Origin: Candidatus Nanoarchaeia archaeon
GTDB taxonomy: Archaea > Nanobdellota > Nanobdellia > WJKC01
Reading direction: 5' to 3'
Assembly (NCBI GenBank): GCA_041653515.1
Contig: JBAZFG010000006.1
Location: 484-64,483, forward strand
DNA length: 64,000 bases
Position 1 is the stretch's first letter. Each line of letters begins with the position of its first letter. A program made the translations under genes and the position numbers. The notes under the pieces were generated by a model. The model ran no database searches and had not been told where the DNA came from. It saw nothing but the letters and a program-made list of their open reading frames with translations. This document shows, one piece after another, positions 1 to 8,331 of the stretch.

Positions 1-942
1 CTTTTTTTCAGGTTTTGATGTTATTATGTCAATCAAAGTAATTAATTGGTTAATCAATGATGCTGGTTTGCTCGCGTAATGCAATGCGATTGACCTATTA
101 ATACCGCAATAAACGCTTAATTTGTCCAAGCAATCAAGGTCATTATCACTAATCTCTCTTAAATTGTTTGGTGAAGCATTACTTATTAGGTTAATTAATT
201 GATTCTTAAATGTTTTTATTTTTTCATAATTAGTGTTAATAACCTCTGCTTGTATTATTTCGTTTTTTATTATACCTTGTATTTTAGCTTTTGAACTTGC
301 TATGTTAAGCATTTCTTTTTCAATTTTATTATCTAAGTCTTGCATCATAGCTTGTTTGCCTTTCACTTCTGGTCTTGAAAAGAATTCTTTTGCTTTGGCT
401 TTTATTTCAAATAAAACATTTTTTTTCTCAATAACCACTTGTAGTCCTGCGTATGATTGTGCTAAACTTTCATGTAAATCATTAATTTTTATGTAGTCTT
501 CCATGCTGTCAAATACGATATCCTGAGTTAAGCCTATTTGATGTGTTAATTCTGTATATTGATTAAATCCAATATTGCTCCAGCTTTCTCTTAAATTTTT
601 TACGCAGTCAACTGCTTCGCTTTTAAATTCATCATAACCCTTGATTGGTGTTATGCCTGGCAGTCCATTAATTTGTTCTAGCGTAAAATTAACAAAAGGG
701 TTAAAATCAATTGTTGATTCTTCTATATCATTAATATAATATAATAATTCATTTATTTCCACTATTTTTTGTTTTATTTTTTTATGTTCATTTTGGTTCT
801 TACTTATCGTTTTATACTCTTCTAATTGTTTTATTAGTTTACTTTCTGGGTTCTTACTTATCGTTTTATAATCTTCTTGTTCAGAAAGTTGTTTAAAAGA
901 TTTTATTATGTCTGAAAGATCAATACGTTTACGTTTACTCAT
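1..942 (-). CDS. hypothetical coiled-coil protein (N-terminal 314 codons; C-terminus outside window)
   Basis: Absent from the ORF track because there is no stop in the window. Hand translation of the minus strand from ATG 942..940 (MSKRKRIDLSDIIKSFKQLSEQEDYKTISKNPESKLIKQLEEYKTISKNQNEHKK...) stays open to position 1. The ATG overlaps the TAA of the upstream gene (TAATG). Confidence 0.6.
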   Translation of the reverse strand, partial: MSKRKRIDLSDIIKSFKQLSEQEDYKTISKNPESKLIKQLEEYKTISKNQNEHKKIKQKIVEINELLYYINDIEESTIDFNPFVNFTLEQINGLPGITPIKGYDEFKSEAVDCVKNLRESWSNIGFNQYTELTHQIGLTQDIVFDSMEDYIKINDLHESLAQSYAGLQVVIEKKNVLFEIKAKAKEFFSRPEVKGKQAMMQDLDNKIEKEMLNIASSKAKIQGIIKNEIIQAEVINTNYEKIKTFKNQLINLISNASPNNLREISDNDLDCLDKLSVYCGINRSIALHYASKPASLINQLITLIDIITSKPEKK

Positions 943-2117
943 TATAAATCACCTTCTTTGTTTGTTAAGCGCTTTTGATAAGTTTTTAATCCTTGCATGA
1001 AATCATTCATTGTTAAGTTATTACGGTTTAATTCCTTGTTTAATTGTTTCATTAATTTACTTTCATCTGGGTTCTTACTAACCTTGTAGATATAATGATT
1101 AATGATTGAATCCATTGCTTTCTCATTATTTATTATTGGGCTTGCGCTTGGGTTCTTACTTAGTGTTTTATACTCTTCTTGTTCACTATTAATGATGCTG
1201 ATGTGCTCAACGTAACTATTAAACCCATTCAGTAAATCAGTTAGAGTTAAATTATTGCTCTTTAAATCATTAGCTAATCCTTTAGCCAATTTCCTGTACC
1301 TTAAACTCTTAGCTTTACCATCAGCGTAATAATCACGCGTTGCTGTTAAAGACTTATCTGGGTTAATTTTGATCTTAGGATAATTAGCAATTATTGCCTC
1401 GGCAAGCGATACGTAATCACTATCAGTCTTGCCAGAATTACTAAAGTTGACAAGGGTTTTGTTGTAAATTTCATTAATCTTATTATTAACATCTTTAATA
1501 GCTACTTCTGAAATAAAATTTCTACTAAATAGATTAATAAAGCACTCTAAGCCAACAGCGATACCAGATAATATTGCTGCTGGTTTAAAGGAATTAAAAT
1601 AAACAGTAGAGCAAGCACAACCAGTATATTCTTCATAACAAATACAATTAGTGATTGCGCCCAGTGATTCACCAAACAAGTGAGACAGTAAGTCAGCACC
1701 AATAGCTGTTCCCCAACTAAGAATCAAACCACCAATTAAACTGGACTTGCTCTTGTCAATTTTATAACCCTCTATAAAATTAGCGGAATTGATGACAGCT
1801 AAGCCATAAGCACTGCTTTGAAGAAAAGAGTGAATTAAAGGGCTTACTGGTTTTGAGTAAAAACCACTAAAAAAATCCCACAACCACAGGGATAAGTGAT
1901 CATTAGGGCCAACTTCATGAATATTCATGTTCTTATCTGCAAGAAAACTAGCTGATGTTAAAGCACTGATAATGCTTGATGATAATAAAACCTTATTCTT
2001 AACCCGCCTATTATCCTTATTAATTAAATTATTGCGCTCATTAATTAGTTCTTGGAGTTCTTTGTTAAGTAAGCTAGTTGTTTTCTTTGGCAATAAGTCG
2101 TCAGGTATTTCAGTCAT
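942..2117 (-). CDS. hypothetical protein with Gly/Ser-rich hydrophobic core, Cys cluster (NCICYEEYTGCAC) and C-terminal helical repeats
   Basis: ORF track gives 942..2147 (GTG start). I prefer ATG 2117 (MTEIPDDLL...) because AGGTGG (complement of 2129..2134) lies 11 nt upstream. No family recognised. Confidence 0.6.
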   Translation of the reverse strand: MTEIPDDLLPKKTTSLLNKELQELINERNNLINKDNRRVKNKVLLSSSIISALTSASFLADKNMNIHEVGPNDHLSLWLWDFFSGFYSKPVSPLIHSFLQSSAYGLAVINSANFIEGYKIDKSKSSLIGGLILSWGTAIGADLLSHLFGESLGAITNCICYEEYTGCACSTVYFNSFKPAAILSGIAVGLECFINLFSRNFISEVAIKDVNNKINEIYNKTLVNFSNSGKTDSDYVSLAEAIIANYPKIKINPDKSLTATRDYYADGKAKSLRYRKLAKGLANDLKSNNLTLTDLLNGFNSYVEHISIINSEQEEYKTLSKNPSASPIINNEKAMDSIINHYIYKVSKNPDESKLMKQLNKELNRNNLTMNDFMQGLKTYQKRLTNKEGDL

Positions 2118-2362
2118 TTTTGAGTAACCCACCTTTTTTATCACCAATAGGTGTCATTAATACTTCTCGTATAAATAATACATTATAAACTTTTTGGTTT
2201 GAGTGGTTTTGCATTAACATGCAGGCACTCTTTCATTAACGTTTGAGAGTTCTTGTCACTTCGTGCCAGACCCCAATTCGCTATTGCTCCTTGGGTTTGA
2301 ACCATTGCTGTCGAGCGTTAGCGAGACAGAGGAGAACGAGGGCGTTAGCCCGATGTTTGACG

Positions 2363-2436
2363 TGAGACGGCCCGGATTTGAACCGGGGTCACAGCGTTCC
2401 GAACGCTGAGTCCTAACCAGGCTAGACTACCGCCCC
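2363..2436 (-). tRNA. tRNA-Pro (anticodon CGG)
   Basis: Reverse complement folds by hand as a cloverleaf: GGGGCGG TA GTCT AGCCTGGTTA GGAC T CAGCG TTCGGAA CGCTG TGAC CCCGG TTCAAAT CCGGG CCGTCTC A. Length 74 nt, no encoded CCA. Confidence 0.85.
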
Positions 2437-2522
2437 ATAATGATTTATAAGTTATTATCTTGGGTTAAAAAAACTTTGTTTTTCTTTTTCAGGGAAAGTT
2501 ATTAAAACCTATTAGTTTTTCT

Positions 2523-3410
2523 TTGCTATTAATGTTCGAGCGATTCTGGCGTTTATACGAGACTGATTATAAGAAGTTAATGCTCATCCCAATCATAATC
2601 ATATTATTCTTTTCAGGAGTAATAATTAATCATAAATTAACCACTGGCTCTTATTTCAATAAGGACATATCACTTAAGGGTGGCACGAGCATAACTTATT
2701 ATGTTAATGAGTCAATTAATGGTGTTACTGAGTGGTTGGTTGATTCTTGGGGTGAAGATGCCCAATTAGTTGTTATCACTAACCCATTTGGCGGTTTCAA
2801 AGGTTATGATATTAGGGTTGGGGTTGAGTTGAACGCTAGTGACGTTGCTTCTCGCTTGTCAGTATTAGTTGGCCGTGAAGTCACTCAGTCAGAGTTCAGT
2901 ATGGGTTATCAAGGCGCTAGTATTGCTAATGATTTCTTCCAGTCATCAATCATAATAATAATAGTGTCATTCCTGATGATGGGTTTAGTAATATTATATT
3001 ACTTCAAGAGTGTTATCCCAGCGATTAGTATTACTTTATCAACAATGGCTGATGTGATAGTAGTGATTGGCGTGCTTGATTTGCTTGGCGTTTCATTAAG
3101 CGTTGCTAGTATTGGCGCGTTATTAATGCTTGTAGGCTTAAGCACTGATAGTGACATATTATTAGCGAGTAATATTATTAAGAACCGTGAGTCCGGTTTA
3201 ATAGACCGCTTGAAGAAAACCATGAAAACCCAGTTAACTATGGGTTTAGCAGCGATTACTACTTCAACCGTGATGTTCTTATTAACTAATATTGATTTAA
3301 TCAGGAGCATTGCTTTAATACTGATGATTGGTTCAATCAGCGACATACTTAACACTCAAATCCTTAGTGCTGGGTTACAGCGAATGTATCGGGAGCGTAA
3401 GTCAAGATGA
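2523..3410 (+). CDS. secF: protein-export membrane protein SecF
   Basis: 295-aa polytopic membrane ORF overlapping the SecD ORF by 4 nt. The C-terminal TM bundle (LMLVGLSTDSDILLASNIIK) is typical of SecD/SecF. The track start is TTG; ATG at 2532 may be the real start. Confidence 0.8.
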   Translation: MLLMFERFWRLYETDYKKLMLIPIIIILFFSGVIINHKLTTGSYFNKDISLKGGTSITYYVNESINGVTEWLVDSWGEDAQLVVITNPFGGFKGYDIRVGVELNASDVASRLSVLVGREVTQSEFSMGYQGASIANDFFQSSIIIIIVSFLMMGLVILYYFKSVIPAISITLSTMADVIVVIGVLDLLGVSLSVASIGALLMLVGLSTDSDILLASNIIKNRESGLIDRLKKTMKTQLTMGLAAITTSTVMFLLTNIDLIRSIALILMIGSISDILNTQILSAGLQRMYRERKSR

Positions 3411-4972
3411 AATGGACTGACTTATTAAAAGAAGGTCGATTATTATTACTTGCTGCATTAATCATAATCTCATTAATCACTATTCACCCGTTTAGCCCGA
3501 CTAACGGCGTCCTGATTGAAGGGGTTAAGTCACCTGCGCCCTCATCATTAAAGTCAGGGATGATGATTACAGCGATTAATGGTCAATTAATTAGTAATCT
3601 AACTGATTACAATAACGTTATCCAAGACTTATTGCCCGGCGACGTTGTCAGGGTCACTTACTTAGAAGAATTAATGCCTTACCAATACGCTACTAGCACT
3701 TCAACTGCTTTCGTGGCTACTGAGGTTGATAATGAGACTAGTATTGGTTTAATTGTTGGTGTGATACCATCAACCCACCTTAATTTTGGTTTAGAGATAG
3801 TTGGTGGCACAAAAGTATTATTAAACCCTAATCGGACGCTGGATTCTTTTGAAGCAGATAACATTAAAGCTATTCTTGAACAACGGCTTAACTTCTTTGG
3901 TTTAAGAGAAGTGCCGGTTAACTTCGTGACTGATTTTAGTGGCCAGCAATACTTTCGAATTGAATTAGCTGGTTCAACAGAGGATGATGTTAGGACTTTA
4001 ATTGAGAAAGAAGGTGTTTTTGAAGGTAGAATAGCAAACCAGACCGTGTTTACTGGTGCTGATTTATTAGATGTTTGCATCAGCGGGGTTCAGTGCACTA
4101 TGACTGTCCAACCAGTCTATGTTGGCTCAACCACTGACTCACAAGTAGTATACCAATTCCAATTCCAGATTGATTTATCCTCAACCGCAGCTGAAAGATT
4201 CGCTAACATTACTAATGAATTATCAATCGGTGAGTGCCAAGGAACTATTTGTTACTTAAACGCGACTCTTGACTTATACCTTGATGGTGAAATAATACAA
4301 GACGGTGCATTAAGATTGCCTGAAAGCATTAAAGGCGAAGTACTAACTACTGCAAGCATCACTGGCACCCGCGAAACAATGAGTGAAGCCCAAACTGAGA
4401 TGAAGAAATTACAAGCAATACTACAATCACGCAACCTGCCAGTTAAAATGAACATTGTCAGCGTTGAAACATTATCACCCTCAATTGGTGAGGAGTTCTC
4501 TAATAATACTTTTACAGTGATGATGATAGCAATCATCGTGGTAGCATTAATCATTGGCTTGCGCTATAAGAGCCTAAAAGTATCACTGCCAATAATAATG
4601 ATAGTCTTAATCGAGGTTATCAGCACCCTTGGCATGTCAGTTACTTTTGGGATAACACTAGATTTATCAGCCATCGCTGGTATCCTGGCAAGCATTGGTA
4701 CTAGCCTTGATGACCAAATAATTATTACAGACGAAGTATTGCGTGGCGAGAAAGGAAATAAGCACTTAACAGTTAAGAAACGATTAAAATCAGCTTTATT
4801 CATAGTTATTGCCACGTTCACTACTAGTTTCGTGAGCATGATACCATTAGCTATTGTTGGCGCTGGCATCCTCAGAGGCTTTGCTATCACCACAATTATT
4901 AGCATTACTATTGGTGTAATAGTAACAAGACCTGCTTACGCTCGCATTTGCGAGCTTTTGTTCAAGGATTAA
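3407..4972 (+). CDS. secD: protein-export membrane protein SecD
   Basis: 521 aa. N-terminal TM, large periplasmic-type domain, then a C-terminal 6-TM bundle (SIGTSLDDQIIITDEVLRG). Coupled to secF. Confidence 0.8.
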   Translation: MKWTDLLKEGRLLLLAALIIISLITIHPFSPTNGVLIEGVKSPAPSSLKSGMMITAINGQLISNLTDYNNVIQDLLPGDVVRVTYLEELMPYQYATSTSTAFVATEVDNETSIGLIVGVIPSTHLNFGLEIVGGTKVLLNPNRTLDSFEADNIKAILEQRLNFFGLREVPVNFVTDFSGQQYFRIELAGSTEDDVRTLIEKEGVFEGRIANQTVFTGADLLDVCISGVQCTMTVQPVYVGSTTDSQVVYQFQFQIDLSSTAAERFANITNELSIGECQGTICYLNATLDLYLDGEIIQDGALRLPESIKGEVLTTASITGTRETMSEAQTEMKKLQAILQSRNLPVKMNIVSVETLSPSIGEEFSNNTFTVMMIAIIVVALIIGLRYKSLKVSLPIIMIVLIEVISTLGMSVTFGITLDLSAIAGILASIGTSLDDQIIITDEVLRGEKGNKHLTVKKRLKSALFIVIATFTTSFVSMIPLAIVGAGILRGFAITTIISITIGVIVTRPAYARICELLFKD

Positions 4973-4974
4973 AG
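4938..4974. repeat. copy 1 of 37-nt direct repeat (3' end of secD including stop)
   Basis: acgctcgcatttgcgagcttttgttcaaggattaaag recurs at 5070..5106 with 2 mismatches. It contains the hairpin ctcgca-tt-tgcgag. Confidence 0.85.
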
Positions 4975-5069
4975 ATTCGCAAATGCTCGCTTTGCCTGAC
5001 GGCAACCGCAAGAATCTGCGAACTATTATTCAAGGACTGAATTCTTAATTCTTGCTTAGCTTAACAGCA

Positions 5070-5106
5070 ACGCTCGCATTTGCAAGCTTCTGTTCAAGGA
5101 TTAAAG
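5070..5106. repeat. copy 2 of 37-nt direct repeat (orphan duplicate of secD 3' end)
   Basis: acgctcgcatttgcaagcttctgttcaaggattaaag. It would encode ARICKLLFKD* versus ARICELLFKD* in secD, and it overlaps the stop codon of the minus-strand ORF 5101..5490. Confidence 0.85.
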
Positions 5107-5490
5107 TTTGTAATCATCAGGCAGTCTGTAATCAGTATTGCCTACCCTGAAATTATTTGTAAAATTAATAATATGCTGTGATAAGTCAAGCAGTTTGCCT
5201 GACGATTCACTTATCTTACTGCTAGTTTTAAACATTGATTCATTACTCGGGTCAAAATCCCTGTCAAAAAAGTAATGCGCAATCCCTGAGAGATTATTAG
5301 CGTTAAAACTTATCTTAAGGCTGTTATCAGTAATTTTAATGTAAGTGAGTAATTTCTTGCCATTAACAAAAGAAGCGTTTAATTCGTAGTTGAATAATGC
5401 TTGCAAGCCAAGCACAGTCCTATTAGCTTTCTCGTTAGTAATTGGTTGTAAGAAGAAATCAAGCCACTCGCCATATAATTCAAAATTCAT
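5101..5490 (-). CDS. hypothetical protein (129 aa)
   Basis: ORF track only; no motif recognised. Confidence 0.45.
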   Translation of the reverse strand: MNFELYGEWLDFFLQPITNEKANRTVLGLQALFNYELNASFVNGKKLLTYIKITDNSLKISFNANNLSGIAHYFFDRDFDPSNESMFKTSSKISESSGKLLDLSQHIINFTNNFRVGNTDYRLPDDYKL

Positions 5491-5662
5491 TAACTAACCT
5501 TTGGTCAATAATCACTTAATTATTTTTTGCTCATTTAAGGAGTGTATTCCATGATTGAATTAATGATTGACTCAGCTAACCTGCGAGTCTTACTAATCAA
5601 TACTATCAACCCACCAACTCTCATTAATTCAACCTCACTTGACTGATTAATCAATTTTAGTA

Positions 5663-5983
5663 TTACTTCTTTTTTAATTTTATTATAGCCCCGGCAATAT
5701 CACCATCAGTTTCAGCAAGCGCATCAAGCACTTCAGCCTCACTGCAACCAGTCTGGTCCATCACTAACTTAATATCATCCTCAGTAACCTCAATAGTCTG
5801 CTCTTCTGTGATGTCACCACTAATCTGAAACATATCCTTGCCCTGAACCTTCATTCGCTGAACTGAAGGGTTATTAATCACTAAGTTACCTGACTCAGAT
5901 TTAATAATCACTTCAGTAGCAGGCACGTCTGTCATCTTTAATTGTTTCATTAAGTTCTTCATCATGTTAGGGTCTAATTTCAT
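5663..5983 (-). CDS. nac: nascent polypeptide-associated complex protein (archaeal NAC, NAC domain plus C-terminal UBA)
   Basis: 106 aa. The NAC beta-barrel region (VIIKSESGNLVINNPSVQRMKVQGKDMFQISG) and the UBA-like tail (DIKLVMDQTGCSEAEVLDALAETDGDIAGAIIKL) are characteristic. Confidence 0.85.
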   Translation of the reverse strand: MKLDPNMMKNLMKQLKMTDVPATEVIIKSESGNLVINNPSVQRMKVQGKDMFQISGDITEEQTIEVTEDDIKLVMDQTGCSEAEVLDALAETDGDIAGAIIKLKKK

Positions 5984-6507
5984 TTAGCGTTCAACCTCAC
6001 TGACAAGACTTCCTTATCAATTGATTTATTAGTAATAGCGTAATCACCAGGCACTTTAATTAACTTAAAATAACCTTTATTACCCTTAACAGCCCTAACC
6101 TCTAATGACTCACCCATCCTGATAAGATTAATATCATTAAGTGATTTAATACCCGGCAACTCAATTATTAATTCAATCGCTTGCTCGCTTTTATTAACAA
6201 TTGTTTTAGGCTCAATTAACTCACTAGGCATTCGCGTCATCCTAACTGATTTCTTTGACGGCAACACTTGATTCTGATTAAGATTATTTGATACAACTAA
6301 CTTACCTTCAGGTCCAGTGCTTATCCTAAACTTGAATACTTTGGCTTCAGGCGCATTATTAGTATTAAATAACTCATTATTGTTAAATAAACCATTAATC
6401 ATCTTACTTAACCCACTAAACAAACTATTATTATTGATTTTACCACCACAATAAGGGCAGTAAGCCCAATCTCGAGCCATTTTCTTATTACAATTATTAC
6501 AATTCAT
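5980..6507 (-). CDS. zinc-ribbon protein with suspected C-terminal HSP20/alpha-crystallin-like domain
   Basis: N-terminal CNNC...CPYC zinc ribbon. The C-terminal beta-rich segment (AIELIIELPGIKSLNDINLIRMGESLEVRAV...EVLSVRLN) resembles the ACD/CS fold. Overlaps nac by 4 nt. Confidence 0.5.
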   Translation of the reverse strand: MNCNNCNKKMARDWAYCPYCGGKINNNSLFSGLSKMINGLFNNNELFNTNNAPEAKVFKFRISTGPEGKLVVSNNLNQNQVLPSKKSVRMTRMPSELIEPKTIVNKSEQAIELIIELPGIKSLNDINLIRMGESLEVRAVKGNKGYFKLIKVPGDYAITNKSIDKEVLSVRLNAK

Positions 6508-6585
6508 AAGTTAATAATAACTATTCGTTGAGTATATAAGTTTTAGTAAATCTTAAAAAGGGGATATTAATAGTCTTGAACTAAC

Positions 6586-8220
6586 ATGAGTAATCGACAA
6601 CAACCACAAGTATTAATTTTACCAGAAGGTTACACGCGAACCCAAAAACGGGACGCTCAAAGAAATAATATAATGGCGGCTAAATTAGTAGCTGAAACAG
6701 TTAGGACTACTTTAGGCCCTAAAGGCATGGATAAAATGCTAGTTGATAGTATGGGCGATGTTGTTATCACTAATGATGGTGTGACAATCCTTAAAGAAAT
6801 GGAGATTGAACACCCAGCAGCTAAGATGATTGTTGAAATAGCTAAAACTCAGGAAGAAGAGGTTGGCGACGGCACTACTACTGCTGTGATAATCGCTGGT
6901 GCTTTATTGAAAAAAGCCGAGGAATTACTTGACCAAGAAGTTCACCCAACAGTTATTGTTAGAGGTTACTCAATGGCTGGTGAGAAAGCAATCAAAGTGC
7001 TTGATAAATTAAACTTAATAATTAAACCAGATGATATTGAATCATTAATTAAGTTAGCTAAGACTTGCACTAACACTAAAGGTGCAGGTGAGTCAGATAA
7101 ACTTGTTAAGATACTTGTCACAGCTGTTACTCGAGTAGTTGAGGAAGGCAAAGTTGACATTAATAATATTAAGATTCAGAAAAAAGTTGGTATGAGCATT
7201 GACGACAGTGAATTAGTTGATGGCTTCATAATTGATAAGGAACGAATCAGTAATGGGATGCCGCGCAAAGTCAAGGACGCGCGAATAGTCCTTATCAGCA
7301 ACGCGCTTGAAATTGAGAAAACAGAGACTGAAGCTAAAATTAATATTAGCAGTCCAGACCAACTTCAATCATTCCTTGACCAAGAAGAACGAATGATTAA
7401 AAGCATGGTTGATAAGATAATTGAGTCAAAAGCCAGCGTTGTGTTATGTCAGCGGGGCATGGATGACGTTGCCCAGCATTACTTAACTAAAGCAGGCATA
7501 ATGGCTATTAAGAACATTAGCAGTAATGACATGAATAAATTATCCCGTGCTACAGGCGCTAATGTTGTTAAAACTTTAGAGGACTTATCAGAAAAAGACC
7601 TTGGCAGTGCTAAATTAGTTGAGGAAGTAAAAATAGGTAATGATAATATGATTTTTATCCGCGAGTGCAGCAACCCAAAAGCAGTAAGCATCTTAATCAG
7701 GGGCGGCACTGAACATGTGATTGATGAAGTTGAGCGCGCGATGATGGACGCTATTGGTGTTCTTAAATCAGCGATTGAAGATTGCACTATTGTGCCTGGC
7801 GGCGGCGCCACTGAGATGGCTATTAGTAAAGAATTATTCAAGTACGCTGAAACTCTTAAGAGTCGAGAACAATTAGCTGTCAGGGCTTTTGCTGAAGCAT
7901 TGGAGAGTATTCCAAGAACACTGGCTGAAAACGCAGGCATAGATCCAATTGATATTATTGTTGGCTTAAAAGCAGCTCATGACGCTGGCAAGAATAATTA
8001 TGGTGTTGACGTGTTCAAGGGAGAACCAGCTGACATGTTAAGCCAAGGGGTTATTGAGCCATCAAGAGTTAAGAAACAAGCCATTCAAAGCGCTACTGAA
8101 GTAGCAATAATGATACTAAGAATTGATGATGTTATTGCTGCAGGCAAACTAAAAGAAGGGCCAGGCGGCATGCCACCAATGGGCATGGGCGGAATGGGCG
8201 GAATGCCTGACATGATGTAA
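6586..8220 (+). CDS. ths: thermosome subunit (group II chaperonin)
   Basis: 544 aa. Carries [32 protein letters not shown] and a C-terminal [18 protein letters not shown] tail. Confidence 0.95.
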   Translation: MSNRQQPQVLILPEGYTRTQKRDAQRNNIMAAKLVAETVRTTLGPKGMDKMLVDSMGDVVITNDGVTILKEMEIEHPAAKMIVEIAKTQEEEVGDGTTTAVIIAGALLKKAEELLDQEVHPTVIVRGYSMAGEKAIKVLDKLNLIIKPDDIESLIKLAKTCTNTKGAGESDKLVKILVTAVTRVVEEGKVDINNIKIQKKVGMSIDDSELVDGFIIDKERISNGMPRKVKDARIVLISNALEIEKTETEAKINISSPDQLQSFLDQEERMIKSMVDKIIESKASVVLCQRGMDDVAQHYLTKAGIMAIKNISSNDMNKLSRATGANVVKTLEDLSEKDLGSAKLVEEVKIGNDNMIFIRECSNPKAVSILIRGGTEHVIDEVERAMMDAIGVLKSAIEDCTIVPGGGATEMAISKELFKYAETLKSREQLAVRAFAEALESIPRTLAENAGIDPIDIIVGLKAAHDAGKNNYGVDVFKGEPADMLSQGVIEPSRVKKQAIQSATEVAIMILRIDDVIAAGKLKEGPGGMPPMGMGGMGGMPDMM

Positions 8221-8331
8221 TTTAATTTCATTATTATTTGCTTTTGTTTATCCTACATTCGTTTGATGGTATAAAAAACGGTCAAGTAATCACAAGACTT
8301 TTAACCAACTCATCTTTTAGTAACAATCCTA

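Noticed and set aside
233-496. Plus-strand 87-aa ORF from the track
   Set aside because: It lies entirely antisense to the open minus-strand frame 1..942, which has repeat structure and start/stop coupling to its neighbour. The plus ORF is hydrophobic low-complexity, typical of a shadow frame.
2221-2362. Second tRNA, 5S rRNA or split-tRNA half next to tRNA-Pro
   Set aside because: I could not close an acceptor stem or a T-arm around the GGTTCAAACC string on either strand, and the region has no resemblance to 5S helices. It is kept only as an unexplained GC-rich block in the findings.
2999-4905. Minus-strand track ORFs inside secF/secD (2999-3355, 3679-4080, 4252-4554, 4564-4905)
   Set aside because: All are antisense shadows of well-supported SecF/SecD coding sequence.
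5551-5646. 31-aa ORF with an AAGGAG 8 nt upstream (MIELMIDSANLRVLLINTINPPTLINSTSLD)
   Set aside because: It is too short, has no recognisable motif and lies in a spacer that likely holds the nac and 5101-5490 gene signals. It is mentioned only for completeness.
6966-7940. Minus-strand ORFs inside the thermosome gene
   Set aside because: They are antisense to an unambiguous chaperonin ORF. Their Ser/Leu-rich composition is typical of shadow frames.
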